Notes: generated from the letters alone by a model not told the origin. DNA of 64,000 bases from Octopus vulgaris (GCA_951406725.2 OX597831.1:27838001-27902000); one strand, 5' to 3'. Shown: positions 14,237 to 29,278, counted from the stretch's first letter. Made by a program: numbers and translations.

Positions 14237-14518
14237 ATATGCATAGGCGTAGGAGTGACTGTGTGGTAAGTAGCTTGCTTACCAACCACATGGTTCCGGG
14301 TTCCGGGTTCTTATCCTGGTAAGAAAGCTCGAAAGTGCGAAATAAAACTGGTCACACAACAGGCTGTGCCCAAGCATGGCCTCAGCCTTTGGCTGAAACC
14401 GGCAAAGACCAAAACATATAGACATACATATATATGCATGCATACTTACATACAATTATATACACATGCATATTTATGCATATATATATTACTACATACA
14501 TACATATACCTATATATA

Positions 14519-14559
<41 letters not shown>

Positions 14560-14621
14560 TGCACGTGCGTACACACACCTATATATGTATACAATATACA
14601 CACTCACACACACACACATAC

Positions 14622-14675
<54 letters not shown>

Positions 14676-15485
14676 GTGTGTATATATGAATATATATATT
14701 TAAAATAGATAGAAAAATTCGAGGGATTGCTTTGGTCCAATTCGAAAACAATTGTCGTGCCTACAGGAGACGTGGTTTCGAGTCCTATGGGTCACCTTTG
14801 ACTTTTTTCTATGCAAAAGGGGGTTTTAACTCATATTTATAGCTTTGTGTGTGCTTCGATGATTTTTCCGAAAAAAGAATGATTTCACATCCTTTTGAAA
14901 ATTTATAAAAAATCCTTATGACGTCATCAACATACATATATATATATATGTATGCGCACACACACATAGTTACACTCACACTCACACACATACGCACCTG
15001 TATATATAAATTGTCGCGAAATTAGAATTTTCTTACTGTCAAATGAATTTCATTAGACCATTTCTCTGTCGATGTGACTTTATATATATTTATAGAACTG
15101 GAAAATTTCCGCCAATTCTTAATTAACTTTTTGCTATCTTTCCAGAATTTTTAATTAAGGTCTAAGAAGGGTAACTTTTTTACATTTTTACTTTATATTT
15201 TTTACATTTCAGTTTTTGTGCTTATCGTTTTTCGGTTTTCGTTTTCCGTTTCTTTTTAACCTTCCGCGTTTTCTATATGCTGTCTTCTTGGTTTTTTCGC
15301 GTTTCTTCTCTTATTTTTTTTTTTTTTTTGTTAGTTCGTTATGATATGTGGTTTGTGCCTGATGAGTATGTTTATGATATTTCTCAACATATGAAACTAT
15401 TAGATATGTATAGTGTCCTTTAAATAAATAATATTTATCTCTCACCAGAGGGAGTACACTTTTGTTGAATTTTCTTTCCCGGAAC

Positions 15486-15544
<59 letters not shown>

Positions 15545-15545
15545 G

Positions 15546-15773
15546 TTTCTTTATTACCCACAAGGGGCTAAACACAGAGGGGACAAACAAGGACATCAAA
15601 GGGATTAAGTCGATTACATCGACCCCAGTGCGTAACTGGTACTTAATTTATCGACCCCGAAAGGATGAAAGGCAAAGTCGACCTCGTTAGAATTTGAACT
15701 CAGAACGTAACGACAGACGAAATACGGCTACGCATTTCGCCCGGCGTGCTAACGTTTCTGCCAGCTCGCCGCC

Positions 15774-15775
<2 letters not shown>
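15546..15775 (-). mobile_element. SINE family B
   Basis: Family-B consensus including the cccacaaggggctaaacacagagggg segment. Confidence 0.85.
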
Positions 15776-15834
<59 letters not shown>

Positions 15835-15857
15835 ATAATTTATATATATATAATATA

Positions 15858-17755
15858 CAGGAATCCCACACTTTACGGAGGTAATGCGTTGCTGAAATTC
15901 CGTAATGCAAAATTTATTTCCCTATTGATTTTTATATTATCAGTTGAAATTGCGTTCCTGTGGACCTTTCCGAAAAAGAAAAAGGAAGCACAAGAAAACA
16001 ATAGAGAGCAAGTAACACGAATATATCAATTTCTAAACATTCACGGTACAATATTGATACATAAAAACACAAACATACTTCAAGGAATTAATAAAAATCT
16101 AATAGAGTAAGAATATGTCCTTACCACAGAAGATGTTGATTACTGTATGAGAGCTGGCGTGTTGGAATGAGCGTTACTAGGAAGACAAGAGAAATATTTA
16201 CTATCTTATAGTTAATTATCGCCAACATCAGCTTGAGGGGTGAAGGACTTGTTCAAAGTTGTTCGCTGTTTATGATGTATCATGTATTTGTACTGCTCAC
16301 TATAGGAACTGAGTTCATTATAAACTCCTCTCGTAATTTTTATGCAGTGTTCACGATTAGGATCATTATCAGTGAAAAACCTGCAGACCTTCCTCTATAA
16401 GTGCTAACACTTAAGCAATAACTTTTGTAGTCTATTTAAGTGGTGTAGGTGGAACTTCCGTTGTATTCCGTTGTATTCTCCGTTGTATTCATCTGTATTC
16501 TCCGCTTGTTCTTTTTTTATAACAGCATCTGCTCCTCCTTAGATAGACTTTCTCTCTGGGATGCTAGCAACTCAGATACGTTCTCAAATCCTACATCCTT
16601 TACAAGTTTCATATCTTTCCGAAATTGATGTAGACTTTCTGATTGAGGAAAACTTGTAATGTCCCCGGATATAGTCTGGTCGTATACTTTTCCAAGCACT
16701 GTTCAAAAGTCGAAGGTTTCAGTTAATCACATGACTCAGATATATCATCCACAGCTTCCGTTATGTTGATTTTCTTCTAGAAATCTCTAACTGCCGGTTT
16801 ATCCTCCCTGTCTATTGCTTTCATAGGTTGTTTGAAAGTTCTCATATAAGGTACCTTGATCCATTGTATTCGTCTTAGCCCCTCCCTGAAATTTCTGGGC
16901 TTGTGCCAAAATTTGAAACCACTAATTGTCGTACATTAAGGTTGCAAGCTGGCAGAATCGTTAGCATGCCGCGCAAAATGCTTAGCGGCATTTCGCGCGT
17001 GTCTTTAAGTTCTGAGTTCAAATTCCGCCGAGGTCGACTTTGCCTTTCATCCTTTCGGGGGTGATAAATTAATTGTACCTTGATCCATTGGTTGGAGCAA
17101 AGAAATTGTATTCTTGGGGATATATTCTGTTCGCAGATAATCAGAAAAGTAATCTAAGTTTGTTGGGTGGCTTGATCAATTGTATAAAAGGAGCAATACT
17201 TTATTGGAAATATTATGTCTGGCTCTGTACCTTTCTAGCGAAGGACAAAAAGACGTTTGTAAACCACTCTTTGAAAAGGTTCTTAGTCATCCATGCCTTC
17301 ATATCTGAACGTCAATTCAGAGGTAGATTATACTTTATTAACCCACGAAAGCCCTTTGATTTTCGGAGTGATACATGTGTAGGGGCTTTAATTTCATATC
17401 AACAGAGGCATCCCCCCCCCCCCAAAGAAGTGTCAAACGATTTTAGGAAGCTTTAAATATTGACTTTGATTTTTTTTTTCTCGAGAAATATAAGTTCTAG
17501 CAGGCCTGCGCTTCCACAAAAGTGCAGTCTCATAAAAATTGTATACTTGCTCGAGCGTGTAATCGCCTTCAGCAATCATTTTCTTCAACAGTTCAAGATA
17601 ATTAGTAACAGCCTCTGTATCAGCGCTCGCTGTTTCACCAGTCATTTTTATGTTGTGCAAATTCATGCACTTCTTTACTCTTTGAAACCAGCCTTTACTA
17701 GCCAAAACGGATTTTTCATTAGAAGTTTCACCTTTCTTTTTCCGGCAAATCGTTA
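15858..17755 (-). pseudogene. Decayed Tigger/pogo-type transposon, interrupted by SINEs
   Basis: ASKGWFQRVKK..LHNIKMTGETASAD...QVYNFYETALLWKRRPARTYISRE (pogo/Tigger HTH-to-DDE motifs); TIR-like ta|caggaatcccacactttacg at 15858. Confidence 0.8.
16938..17075 (+). mobile_element. SINE family B, 3'-truncated
   Basis: Head plus gccgaggtcgactttgcctttcatcctttcgggg. Confidence 0.8.
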
Positions 17756-18689
17756 TAGGCGCAGGAGTGGCTGTGTGGTAAGTAGCTTGTTTACCAACCA
17801 CATGGTTCCGGGTTCAGTCCCACTGCATGGCACCTTGGGCAAGTGTCTTCTACTTGCCTCGGGCCGACCAATGACCCTCCAGAGAAACAACAAAAGAAAA
17901 AAAATATTTCATATGAAAATAATACTAAGCTTGGTGAAACAGCAGCTAATTAACATGTCAACTTTAATTAATATGACAAGGTTTAAAATCAATGAGTGAC
18001 ACGTAAAAAAAATTCCAGCAAGAAATGACAGTCGCAATTATTCATGTTCTGCAACAAAAGGCAAAATCTTTGAATAATATGTCGCAAAAATAACTCCATA
18101 TTTGTTGCTTTTGAATATTTTAGCATTGTGAATACATGAGGCATTGTGAATACATTAGTTTCTTGCTAATATACCCCTTGCTCCCACACACATACGTGTT
18201 ATTTATGCTTATGTGTTATGATATGGTATACTTTTCTAACTTGAATGCACAATTCAATATTTAATTCAGGCTTCACATCACGCCAAGGTCGTTTTCGTCT
18301 TAAATCCCTCAGGACTGTTTAAGATATTGGTAAAAAATGCGGTGTTGATGTCAACTAAATCGACGCTCTACCTCCCTTGCTATATACACTCGAGGACTCG
18401 TGTATCAAATTAGAAATAAGCATTCTATTAAATGTTATTCACCTTTTATTCTTTATATTCCAGCTCATATGTGTTTTAAAGTTTGGACAATTAGAATTAT
18501 ACACGAGATTATTTATATGTGACCATAATTTCGATAGAGCACATGTATGTATGTATGTATGTATGTATGTATGTATGTATGTATGTATGTATGTATGTAT
18601 GTATGTATGTATGTATGTATGTATGTATGTATGTATGTATTTTCGTATAAGCTTAAAGCTTATGGCGATCACCGTGCAATGACTCTCTC

Positions 18690-18889
18690 TCTTTTACTTG
18701 TTTCAGTCATTTGACTGTGGCCATGCTGGAGCACCGCCTTTTTTAGTCGAGCAAATAACCCCAGGACTTATTCTTTGTAAGTCTAGTACTTATTCTATCG
18801 GTCTCTTTTGCCGAACCGCTAAGTTACGGGGACCGTAAACACACCACCATCGGTTGTCAAGCGATGTTGGGGGGACAAACACAGACACA

Positions 18890-18930
<41 letters not shown>

Positions 18931-19106
18931 CTATACATATATACGACGGGCCTCTTTCAGTTTCCGCCTACCAAACCCACTCACAAGAATTTGGTCGGCC
19001 CGAGGCTATAGTAGAAGACAATTGCCCAAGGTGCCACGCAGTGAGACTGAACCAGGAACCATGTGGCTGGTAAGCAAGCTACTTACCACACAGCCACTCC
19101 TACGCC
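18690..19106 (-). mobile_element. SINE family A, full length
   Basis: Complete head-to-tail consensus. Confidence 0.9.
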
Positions 19107-19134
19107 TGTAATTGTATGAATTAAGCTCAAAGAC

Positions 19135-19325
19135 TGACTAAGCAAAATAGCTTAATAAAGGGGCATATAAGCCCTCAACAGAAAAAAGAAGGCTTTCCCA
19201 TACGTGTGGGAAAGCCCTCTTTTTTCTGTCGAGGGCTTATATGTCCCTTCATTAGACTGTTTTCTTTAGTCATAGCGCGGTGATTGCTATAAGCTTTATG
19301 CTTATATAAAAATACCATTATTATT
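19135..19325 (+). repeat. Fold-back insert (~65-bp arms, 6-nt spacer) plus short tail
   Basis: catataagccctcaacagaaaaaagaaggctttccca-tacgtg-tgggaaagccctcttttttctgtcgagggcttatatg. Confidence 0.75.
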
Positions 19326-20110
19326 ATATACAGGATTGTAAATCACGGCGCTGTAATAACAAAAAAAAGAAACCATTCGCACTTTATGTATATTTTACAT
19401 ATTGATTTCAAATTCTGGTACAGATCCAGCAAGTTCGGAAGAAGGGTGCAATCGATTACAACGACCCCATTACACAATTGGTGCGTATTTTATCGACTCT
19501 GAAAGGATGAAAGTCAAGTCTACCTCGGCGGAATTTGAACTCAGAATGCAAGGACAGACGAAATGCCGTTGAGCACTTCGTCCAGCGGGTCAACTATTCT
19601 GCTGTCTCGGCACTTTATATGTATGTTTTACGTATTAGCATGGGCCTTCAGAAATTCTGGGTCGGTGTCCGACGTGCTGGAAAACCGTTGGAAGTGAAGC
19701 ATCGCTCCACTTCTGTTAAAACATCTCTCGGGAATGGTCACTATAATATAAAACCACATACGGAAGGGAATGGCATTGAACATTTTGGGGATATTTTGCT
19801 TACGCTTGAAATGATAGCGTCCCAACAACCCTAAGAAGCTCCCTTTGCAACCGCATGGTCTCGGGTTTAGTACCACAACGCGGCATTTTGGGCGTCTTAA
19901 CCGCACAGCCATATGTGTGTGTGTATGTGTGTGTGTGTGTAGGAGAAATGGCTTGGTACAATAATAGGCTCCACAGTGAAGTAAAATAACATTAAAGGTA
20001 TCATGAATTGGTAGGAGACTGTCGATATGTAAGTACCAAATCCAAGTTAAATCGCAAATCAGGGCTGGTTCGAGGTGTGGTGTAGGTATGTATGTATGTA
20101 TGTATGTATG

Positions 20111-20198
<88 letters not shown>

Positions 20199-21031
20199 TT
20201 GAGATTGAGATAGATAATGTACATACATACATGTATGTATGTATATATATATATATATATACATACATGTATGTATGTATATATATATATATATATGTAT
20301 ATGCGTGTGTATGTATATATATATATATATATGTATGTATATATATATACATACACACGCACATATACCTACATTAATACATATATATGTGTATACACAC
20401 ACACACACACACACTACACATATATATCAAATTAAAACCACAACCGAAAGAGCTACCAATAGATTGACGCTATTATGATAATTGAACAGACATATTTATA
20501 AAATACGCCATGTATCCTAAAGCAATCTTTCCGTCTATGTTTACGGGTTATATAAACTTTTAAAAATATATGTGCGTGCCTGCGTGAGCATTTATGTATG
20601 TATACACACATAATAACAACTATTCAATTGCTTTGCTCGGGATTTGGCATCTGGTTCTTTATTAAGAGTGGGTAAAAGAAGGAACCAAATGAATAATAAA
20701 CCTGCTGCCTGAATATATCTTAATTATGCTTGAGAAATATCTATATCTACTCTTATTGCAATATCCTATTTCTTTAATTTGATTTCAAATGTCATTACAT
20801 TTAATTTCAGTGAACCGAACAGAAAAATCGTAAAAGATTTATTCGAGTTTCCTCTGCATTCTTTTCCTTTTAGACTTTATTAGCCCATTAAGAAGCTGTA
20901 TAACCTCTTACGATTCTATATTCCACTGATGACGACATCACAGGTTATATTTTAGACACCAGACTCTTAGGAGCACATTCGTATCTGGAGAACCATTAAT
21001 GTATGTTTATGCCAGTGTATTTTAATATAAT

Positions 21032-21580
21032 CAAGGCGGTGAACTGGCAGAATCATTATCAAGCCCGCCGGGCGAAATGCTTAGCGGTATTTCGTCTGCC
21101 GATACGTTCTGAGTTCAAATTCCGCCGAGGTCGACTTTGCCTTTCATCCTTTCGGAGTCGATTAAATAATTATCAGTTACGCACTAGGATCGATATAATC
21201 GACTTAATCCGTTTGTCTGTCCTTGTTTGTCCTCTCTGTGTTTAGCCCCTTGTGGGTAGTAAAGAAATAGGTACTTCGTATGCCGCTACGTTCTGAGTTC
21301 AAATTCCGCCGATGTCGACTTTGCCTTTCATCCTTTCGGGGTCGATTAAATAAGTACCAGTTACGCACTAGGATCGATATAATCTACTTAATCCGTTTGT
21401 CTGTCCTTGTTTGTCCTCTCTGTGTTTAGTCCCTAGTGGGTAGTAAAGAAATAGGTATTTCGCCCATCTTTACGTTCTGAGTTCAAATTCCTCCGAGATC
21501 GACTTTGCCATTTACTCTTCGCAGTCGATAAAATAAATACCAACTGAACACTGGAGTTGACACAATCGACTAGCCCCTTC
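21032..21580 (+). mobile_element. SINE family B with internal tandem triplication
   Basis: Three ~180-bp units starting tacgttctgagttcaaattcc. Confidence 0.85.
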
Positions 21581-22847
21581 TCGGGAACTTATTTTCGATT
21601 CTCTTGTCTTCTTCGCCATTTTTATATTTTAAAATATTTCTAACATGGGCCACACGTTCTCAAATTTAGGGAATGTTTATGTACGATTAGTTCAACATCA
21701 GTATTCATCCGGTATTTACTATATCGATCCCAGAAGAACGAAATGTAAAATCAATCTTGGTAGGTTTTGAAAAAGATTTACAACTAAATACCACAAGACT
21801 TTTTGTCAGTCACGAAAGCAGTTCTGTCAATTCGGAAGCTTCTGTGTGGTGGCTCGAGCCGCTAAAAAGAGAAGCCAAGTCACTTCAAACCTCACCCCAT
21901 TGTTCTAAAGAAGAAGTTGTTTCCTCCATATAGGAAGACGATGGGGTGATCATGGCTGGGTTGTCTATGATTATAGGTTTTCTCAGCCAGCGTGTTCTTA
22001 GGGCTCAACAACACTACCAAAAATAACACTCTTAATATTGTGTTTCAAATTTGGTTACATTCCAGAAACTCTGTAGGCACAACACACTGCCTAGCTCAAG
22101 ATACGAACCTCTGACCCTTGTACTGCAACATATCGACTATACTAATTGCGGTCACTTTTATTTTTTGTTTCTTTCTTACTTTAATTTTGTTTCAAAGATG
22201 CGGGCACTTCATTTCAGTTGCAGTAGCGACATAGCTATGTGATCAAGGAGTTCGCCTCCTAGCTTTGTTCACATAACACGTGGTCTCGTGTTAATCCATG
22301 CAATACGAGTGAAATTTGGTAGACAGAAAGTATGTCGAAACCCGTCGAATATCATGAACCTGTTCTTGGATGTTGTACTTAAAAACATCACACAGTTTAA
22401 CATATTCACCCGGTCACCGAATACCTTTAACAGAGCCCACACTGACGTTTGCATTGAGACTATGTCTGACTCTGATTTCAGGTTAATCTATGAGCTGCGA
22501 CTTTTTTCCTCTTTTACTTCCACCAGTCTCAGACACCCTATATATCAGTGCATCAATGACTCCCAAAGTGAGTAGTACTGCTCCTGAGGGAGCGACAAAA
22601 AGAACAGGGTAGTAAAGAAAAGCAGAGTGATAATGGGGTTAGCTAATAGGGGGGGGGGGGGCTATGGACGCAAAAACAACAAAATAATGGGTTAATTAGC
22701 TTAAGTTCTATTTGTGAAATACAGTAATTTTGAATTTGCTGCGTAAAATGGTCTATGTTTGTGGTGGTGAGTGTTGGGAGGGGGCGTTAGGAACGTGGCC
22801 TGGGCGCTAAGGGGACAATATACCAAAAAGCTTGGGAGCTACTGCAC

Positions 22848-23222
22848 TTTTACTCTTTTACTCGTTTCAGTCAAGTGACTGTGACCATGCTGGAGCACTG
22901 ATTTTTTTAGTCGAGCAACTCGACCCCAGGACTTATTCTTTGTAAGCCTAGTACTTATTCTATCGGGATCTCTTTTGCCGAACTGCTAAGTTACGGGGAC
23001 GTAAACATACCAGCATCGGTTGTCAAGCGATTTGGGAGGGGACAAAAACAGACACACAGACACACACACACACACACACACATATATACACATATATACG
23101 ACGGGCTTCTTTCAGTTTCCGTCTACCAAATCCACTCACAAGGCTTTGGTCGGCCCGAGGCTATAGTAGAAGACGCTTACCCAAGGTGCCACGCAGTGGG
23201 ACTGAACCCGGGACCACACAGC
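22848..23222 (-). mobile_element. SINE family A
   Basis: Consensus match; head partly deleted. Confidence 0.85.
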
Positions 23223-24055
23223 CAGATGATGTTCTTCCTTCTCTGGTGAGGGAAAATGCTGCTTCGCAATTAGGTTTTTTTTTTATCCAGTGTCATGTGT
23301 CTTATTTACTTTCGTAGACGATTTATTTACGAGACCTTCTCCGCCTTCGGCTATAAACGGGAAGTATTATCTCTTACCACCAGTCGACCGACACAATTCA
23401 CGCGCTGAAGCCTGCCACCAGTTTGACTAATTGTAACACAATACTGTAATTTAGCAACTTAGACGAACTAAATAAACGTGTTTGCGTTTCTACTTGGTTT
23501 TTTCCATTTTTTTCTCTCCGTTTTTTTTTTCTAAACCTCCTTCGCTTACTTAAAACTAAATTCAGGATAAGAACGATCTAATAACATAGAATCAATGTAC
23601 AATGTTAAATATCCACAAAGGAACTATTTACAGAGGAAATCCATCAATGGATAAAAACTGGTTGTCATGAAACTACACGCATCTTCAAATTAGCGTGAGA
23701 ATTCGATATTGTCGACTTATAAAATCGATTGTTGCTAAATTGATTTCTTTGAATGAAAAAGTCTCGAGGCCAACAGTGTGCAGCCAGGAAGGGATTATTA
23801 TAATACTATACTGGTGATGAAGGACACTTCCAGTTTGTTATTGATATTCGTGGCATTAAACACCCATGAGAGATAATGAATTTTTTTCAATACGAAGCAT
23901 CTTCTTAGCCACATGGTCTTGGGTTCGGTTGCACTGTGAAGCACTTGTAGTCCCGGGCCCACTAAAGCCTCGTAAGCGGATTAAGTAGACGCCATCATGG
24001 ATCTAAGGTGTAAGTACAAGAGATGGTCAGACTCTGCATAAGGCGTAGACAACCA

Positions 24056-24154
<99 letters not shown>

Positions 24155-24715
24155 GAGAGAGAGACAGAGAGAGAGATGTGTGTGTGTGTGTGTGCGTTCC
24201 GCTACTACCGTTTGACAACTGGTGTTAGTTTGTTCACTTCCCCTTAACTTAGCGGTTCGGCAAAAGAAACCGATAGAATAAGTACTAGGTTTAAAAATTA
24301 GTACTGAGGTCGATTTGTTCCACTGAACTCTTCAAGGCAGTGCTTCAGCATGGTCGCAGTCCAATGACTGAAACAAGCAAAAGAGAAATTCTAAAAATAT
24401 TTGTTATCAATTGATTGGTGACGAATTTTAGTGCGAAGAACAGTCGACTGAATCGATTCTGGTATTCATTTTATCAACTGCAAAAGAGTAAATGACAAAG
24501 TCAAACTTGATTTCATACAGAGACACATATATGAAGGTGGCTAACAGGCCCTGTGCTCGTATTACTATAGATATTTCAATGCGATGTATTTGTATAACGA
24601 TCATAATACTGGTTGGTTTCAATTTTTGGCACAAGGCCAGCAATATCGGGGTGGCGGGTTAAGTCGATCACATCGACTTCATTTCTCAACTGGTACTTAT
24701 TTTATCGACCTCGAT

Positions 24716-24923
24716 TGTTGTTGTTGTTGTTAAGCAACAAGACGGGTAAGGGTGATTAGGTGATGGTCTAGGGCTTAGGGGCGGGAGACCCCAGACCTTG
24801 GGAAAAAAAAACTTTGGTCGTCTTGTTGTCGTCGAGGGCTCTTCGTTGATGCCCGACACCACTGGGAGGTATCCCTCGACGTCGCTGGAAATGGAGATCT
24901 CCAGGTCCAAATTCTTGAACGGC
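24716..24923 (-). mobile_element. GC-rich 5'-truncated retro-insertion with (AAC)n tail inside a SINE-B copy
   Basis: Flanked by atcga[c/g]ctcgat at 24704-24715 and 24924-24935; the SINE-B sequence resumes afterwards (aggatgaaatgcaaa). Confidence 0.65.
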
Positions 24924-24989
24924 ATCGAGCTCGATAGGATGAAATGCAAAAACGTCTACCTTGTCTTATTTTCCTGATATATTTGAAGA

Positions 24990-25505
24990 CTTTGCAGGCA
25001 AAAGCTTCGAGTTGTTTCTTGAAAACATCTACTCCTACTCCATATAGATTTCTCAGCTGTTTTGGGCCCTTTAATCCCAAGTTATTGCAGTACATGGTCT
25101 TCAATCTAAACGGGATGACTGAGACCTTTGGAATATGGAGGGCTGCTATAGCTCTCGATGCCAAAGTTTTTTGCCAGTTTCTCAGGATCTTTCATACGTA
25201 TATCACTGCATATCTCTCCCGTAGTCGCTTCAGGAAGTAGAGTAGTAACTTCTTCAGTCTTTCCCAGTAGCTTAGCTGTCTCATTGAGACAATCCTCCTG
25301 GTGTAGCACCGCCGAACTGCCTCAACTTCTATTAATGCGACATTGTCTGATGACCATAGTTGGGAGCTGAAGACAAATGTCCTCCACAGAACCAGCATAG
25401 TTTCGTGATCCCTTGTTCTGAAAGTTCGCAGAATGCAACCCGCCATTCGTCTGCACATTGCCACCAAATTGATTATATGCACATGAAACGAGGCGTAGTT
25501 GCTCA
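24990..25505 (-). pseudogene. Decayed LINE ORF2 3' fragment related to the intact LINE
   Basis: MCRRMAGCILRTFRTRDHETMLVLW...LSYWERLKKL...LRERYAVIY; GPKQLRNLYGVGVDVFKKQL. Confidence 0.85.
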
Positions 25506-26180
25506 TGCCGTTTCTTTTTTTTTTTAATTATTACTTTTCTTTCAAGTACTTTTTAACTGACTTGGAGAAAACAACAATTGTTTTGTTCTATTTGGGGATA
25601 GTCATTTTCCCAATAAAACATTTGTTTTATTCAGTAAAATCCAGTTCCGTTATCTCCACTCCCAACCCTTTCTCTCTTTCTCTATCTTTTTCTCTCTCTT
25701 ACACTGCATAAATATATATATATATATATATATAAATATATATATAATAATAATATAAACCTTTACATAAATAAATAACGTGAAATACACGAAGGGACGA
25801 ACATAAGAGTCAGACGGGTCATTCAAAGCCTTCGTTCTTCAGTCAGAAACCGATTCATCATCGCAAATTTCGGCTGTTTAATTCTGAGATCTGCTCTGAA
25901 TCGGCCAGCCCCAGAAGGAAAGAATGCAACGCAACAGAGACGAACATGAAACGAAAAAAACTTATGGTAACAAAAAAAAAAGAATTTCGTTGAAGAGATT
26001 TTCCCCGCGTTGTGAGTTATGCTGAAAACATGGATAATAAAAGAAGGAAAATGCACATAATTTATATATTGTTGATGTATTGTAAAGGACAGAATATTAT
26101 GAAAGTCGACCGGTTTCGCGTTTCGCTAATCATGTCGCTACATCTGCAAATATCTGCAACTTTTAGTTGTAGTACTAGTA

Positions 26181-26211
<31 letters not shown>

Positions 26212-26467
26212 TGTATGTATGTATGTATGTATGTATGTATGTATGTATGTATGTATGTATGTATGTATGTATGTATGTATGTATGTATGTAGGTAGGTAG
26301 GTAGGTAGGTAGGTAGGTAGGTAGGTAGGTATGCATGTTGATTATGTGTCTATGTGTGTTTGTATATTTGTGTGTGTCTGTGTATTGCTCTATCTTTTTG
26401 TCTATGTTCCTATCTACTTACGTATATGTCTACATGTATATATGTATACATATATACATACATACAT

Positions 26468-26499
<32 letters not shown>

Positions 26500-26517
26500 T
26501 TATGTATATATGCCTAT

Positions 26518-26580
<63 letters not shown>

Positions 26581-26597
26581 CCAATCTATCTATATCA

Positions 26598-26749
26598 AAG
26601 TAACAAGCTTGCTTCCCAAACAAATGGTTCTGGATTCAGTCCCACAGCTTGGCACCTGGGGCAATTGTCCTCTACAATAGCCTCGGGCCGACCAAAGTCT
26701 TGCGAATGGATTTCCTAGACAGAAATTGAAAGAAGCCCGTGGTATATGC

Positions 26750-26813
<64 letters not shown>

Positions 26814-26975
26814 TTGTGTGCCTGTGTTTGTCCCCCGCCACTGTCACTTGACAACCGATGTTAGTGTAACTTAGCTGTTCAGCAAAAGAGACCGATAGAA
26901 TAAGTACTAAGCTTTTTTCGACTAAAGGCGATGCTCCAGCATGAACGAAATTAAATGACTAAAACAAGTAGAAGA
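26598..26975 (+). mobile_element. SINE family A
   Basis: Consensus match. Confidence 0.8.
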
Positions 26976-27072
26976 ATGTATATACACACACGTGTGTGTG
27001 TGTGTATGTGTGTTTATGTATATGTATGTTGCACCTTGGGCAATTGTCTTCTACTATAGATTTAGTAGACAG

Positions 27073-27208
<136 letters not shown>

Positions 27209-27486
27209 ATGTATATGTATGTTTGCATGCATTTATTTTCAAGCATTACAAGAAGATAGTCCATCGAAGTTCATCTTCCTTCAACGAAGTCATATAAAGA
27301 TATCATTCAGAACGTACAAAACAAAAATGTGGCTTTGTAGTAATAAGTTTGCATCCCAACAACATGAATACAGTTTCAGTCCCACTGCGTGACACCTGGG
27401 TATGTGTCTTCTACTATACATTCGAACCGAACAAAACCTTATGACTAGATTTGGTAGACGGAAACTGAAAGAAGCCCGTCGCATAT

Positions 27487-27879
27487 ACTCTTTTACTCTT
27501 TTACTTGTTTCAGTTAGTTGACTGCGGCCATGCTGGAGCACCGCCTTTAGTCGAGCAACTCGACCCCGGGACTTATTCTTTGTAAGCCCAGTACTTATTC
27601 TATCGGTCTCTTTTGCCGAACCGCTAAGTAAACACACCAGCATCGGTTGTCAAGCAATGCTAGGGGGACAAACACAGACACACAAACATACACGCACACA
27701 CATATATATACATATATACGACATGCTTCTTTCAGTTTCCGTCAACCAAATCCACTCACAAGGCTTTGGTCGGCCCGAGGCTATAGTAGAAGACACTTGC
27801 CCAAGGTGCCACGCAGTGGGACTGAACCCGGAACTATGTGGTTGGTAAGCAAGCTACTTACCACACAGCCACTCCTGCG

Positions 27880-27882
<3 letters not shown>
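27487..27882 (-). mobile_element. SINE family A, full length, flanked by partial copies
   Basis: Consensus match; partial copies at ~27325-27482 (+) and ~27930-28055 (-). Confidence 0.9.
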
Positions 27883-27930
<48 letters not shown>

Positions 27931-28063
27931 CTGTCTACTAAATCTATTTACAAGGCTTCGACTGGCCCGAGGCTATAGTAGAAGACAATTGCCCAAGTGC
28001 ACCCGGAACCATGTGGTTGGTAAGCAAGCTACTTTCCACACAGCCACACCTGCGCATATGTAT

Positions 28064-28132
<69 letters not shown>

Positions 28133-28238
28133 AATTAGTAAATAAATGGCACAACTAAGTACCGATATTTACTGGAAATAGCGATCGTAAAAATACGACG
28201 CTACTTTTTACTGGAAGGCAATACTTTGTATTGCATTA

Positions 28239-28296
<58 letters not shown>

Positions 28297-28743
28297 CAAT
28301 TATATATACATATATGCGCGTGTGTGGCCGCAGTCTAATGCCTGAAACAAGTAAAAGGTAGAAAATAAAATATACACACACATACATACATACATGTGTG
28401 TATGTAAGTGTGTGAGAAAGAGAGTGCGTGTGTGAGCGCGCGCCTGCGTATGTAAACATATAAAAACGGCGTTGTCATGCCGACATTTAAGTCGCTTTCA
28501 TCATTAGTTTTTGAAACGCAATAAAATTTTAAGAAATAAAGAAAAAATGCGTTAGACATAACATAATATAAATGTGCTTGAAATAATAACTTTACATGGA
28601 ATTAGCAAGGATTGAAATTCAAGTAATTAGCAAAACGTTTTGAATTTATTTTCTTGGTGACACAGAGTATCCTTCTAGTGAGCACGAGTATGTCTGTGTA
28701 TGCGTGTATTTACATGCATGCATATATACATACATATATATAC

Positions 28744-28814
<71 letters not shown>

Positions 28815-28917
28815 CGTGCGTGTACGTATACATACATATACACATGCATACATACATATATATATATATTATATATAATACATATGTACTCATATACATA
28901 TATACATGCAATATATA

Positions 28918-29278
28918 TCTCTCTATATATAAACGGCAGTTTGTCTGTGTGTGTTTCTGTGTGTCTGTTTGGTTGTACCCTCACCCTGACCACGACTTTC
29001 AACCGATTCTGATGAAACTTGACACACACATAGCCCAATGTCATAATTCAAAACTAACGCAGCGAAAATTTTGAAAAGTTCCCCCAGTTCTGAAAAAGAT
29101 CGATAAATTCGACATGGGGTCGACAATCAGAAACGTCTAGGGGACGCAACTCGACCTTTTTAACTATCAAAAAAAAAATTTACCATAATTTTTTTGCTAT
29201 TTTTTGGCTATAACTCTCTAAAAATGCTTTATAGTTATTTCCCTTACAAACCCGAGCAACGCCGGGCGATACTGCTAG
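28918..29278 (+). mobile_element. Non-autonomous Helitron
   Basis: 5' a|TC; 3' hairpin cccgagcaacgccggg followed by CTAG|t; no TSD. Confidence 0.8.

Noticed and set aside
14760-14790. Half hammerheads (GAAAccacgTC here; GAAAccggTC at ~26105-26150; GAAAcatctgTC at ~44855; stem-enclosed GAAA at ~25850-25905)
   Set aside because: The CUGANGA half is absent or too degenerate to call, although PLE relics are plausible.
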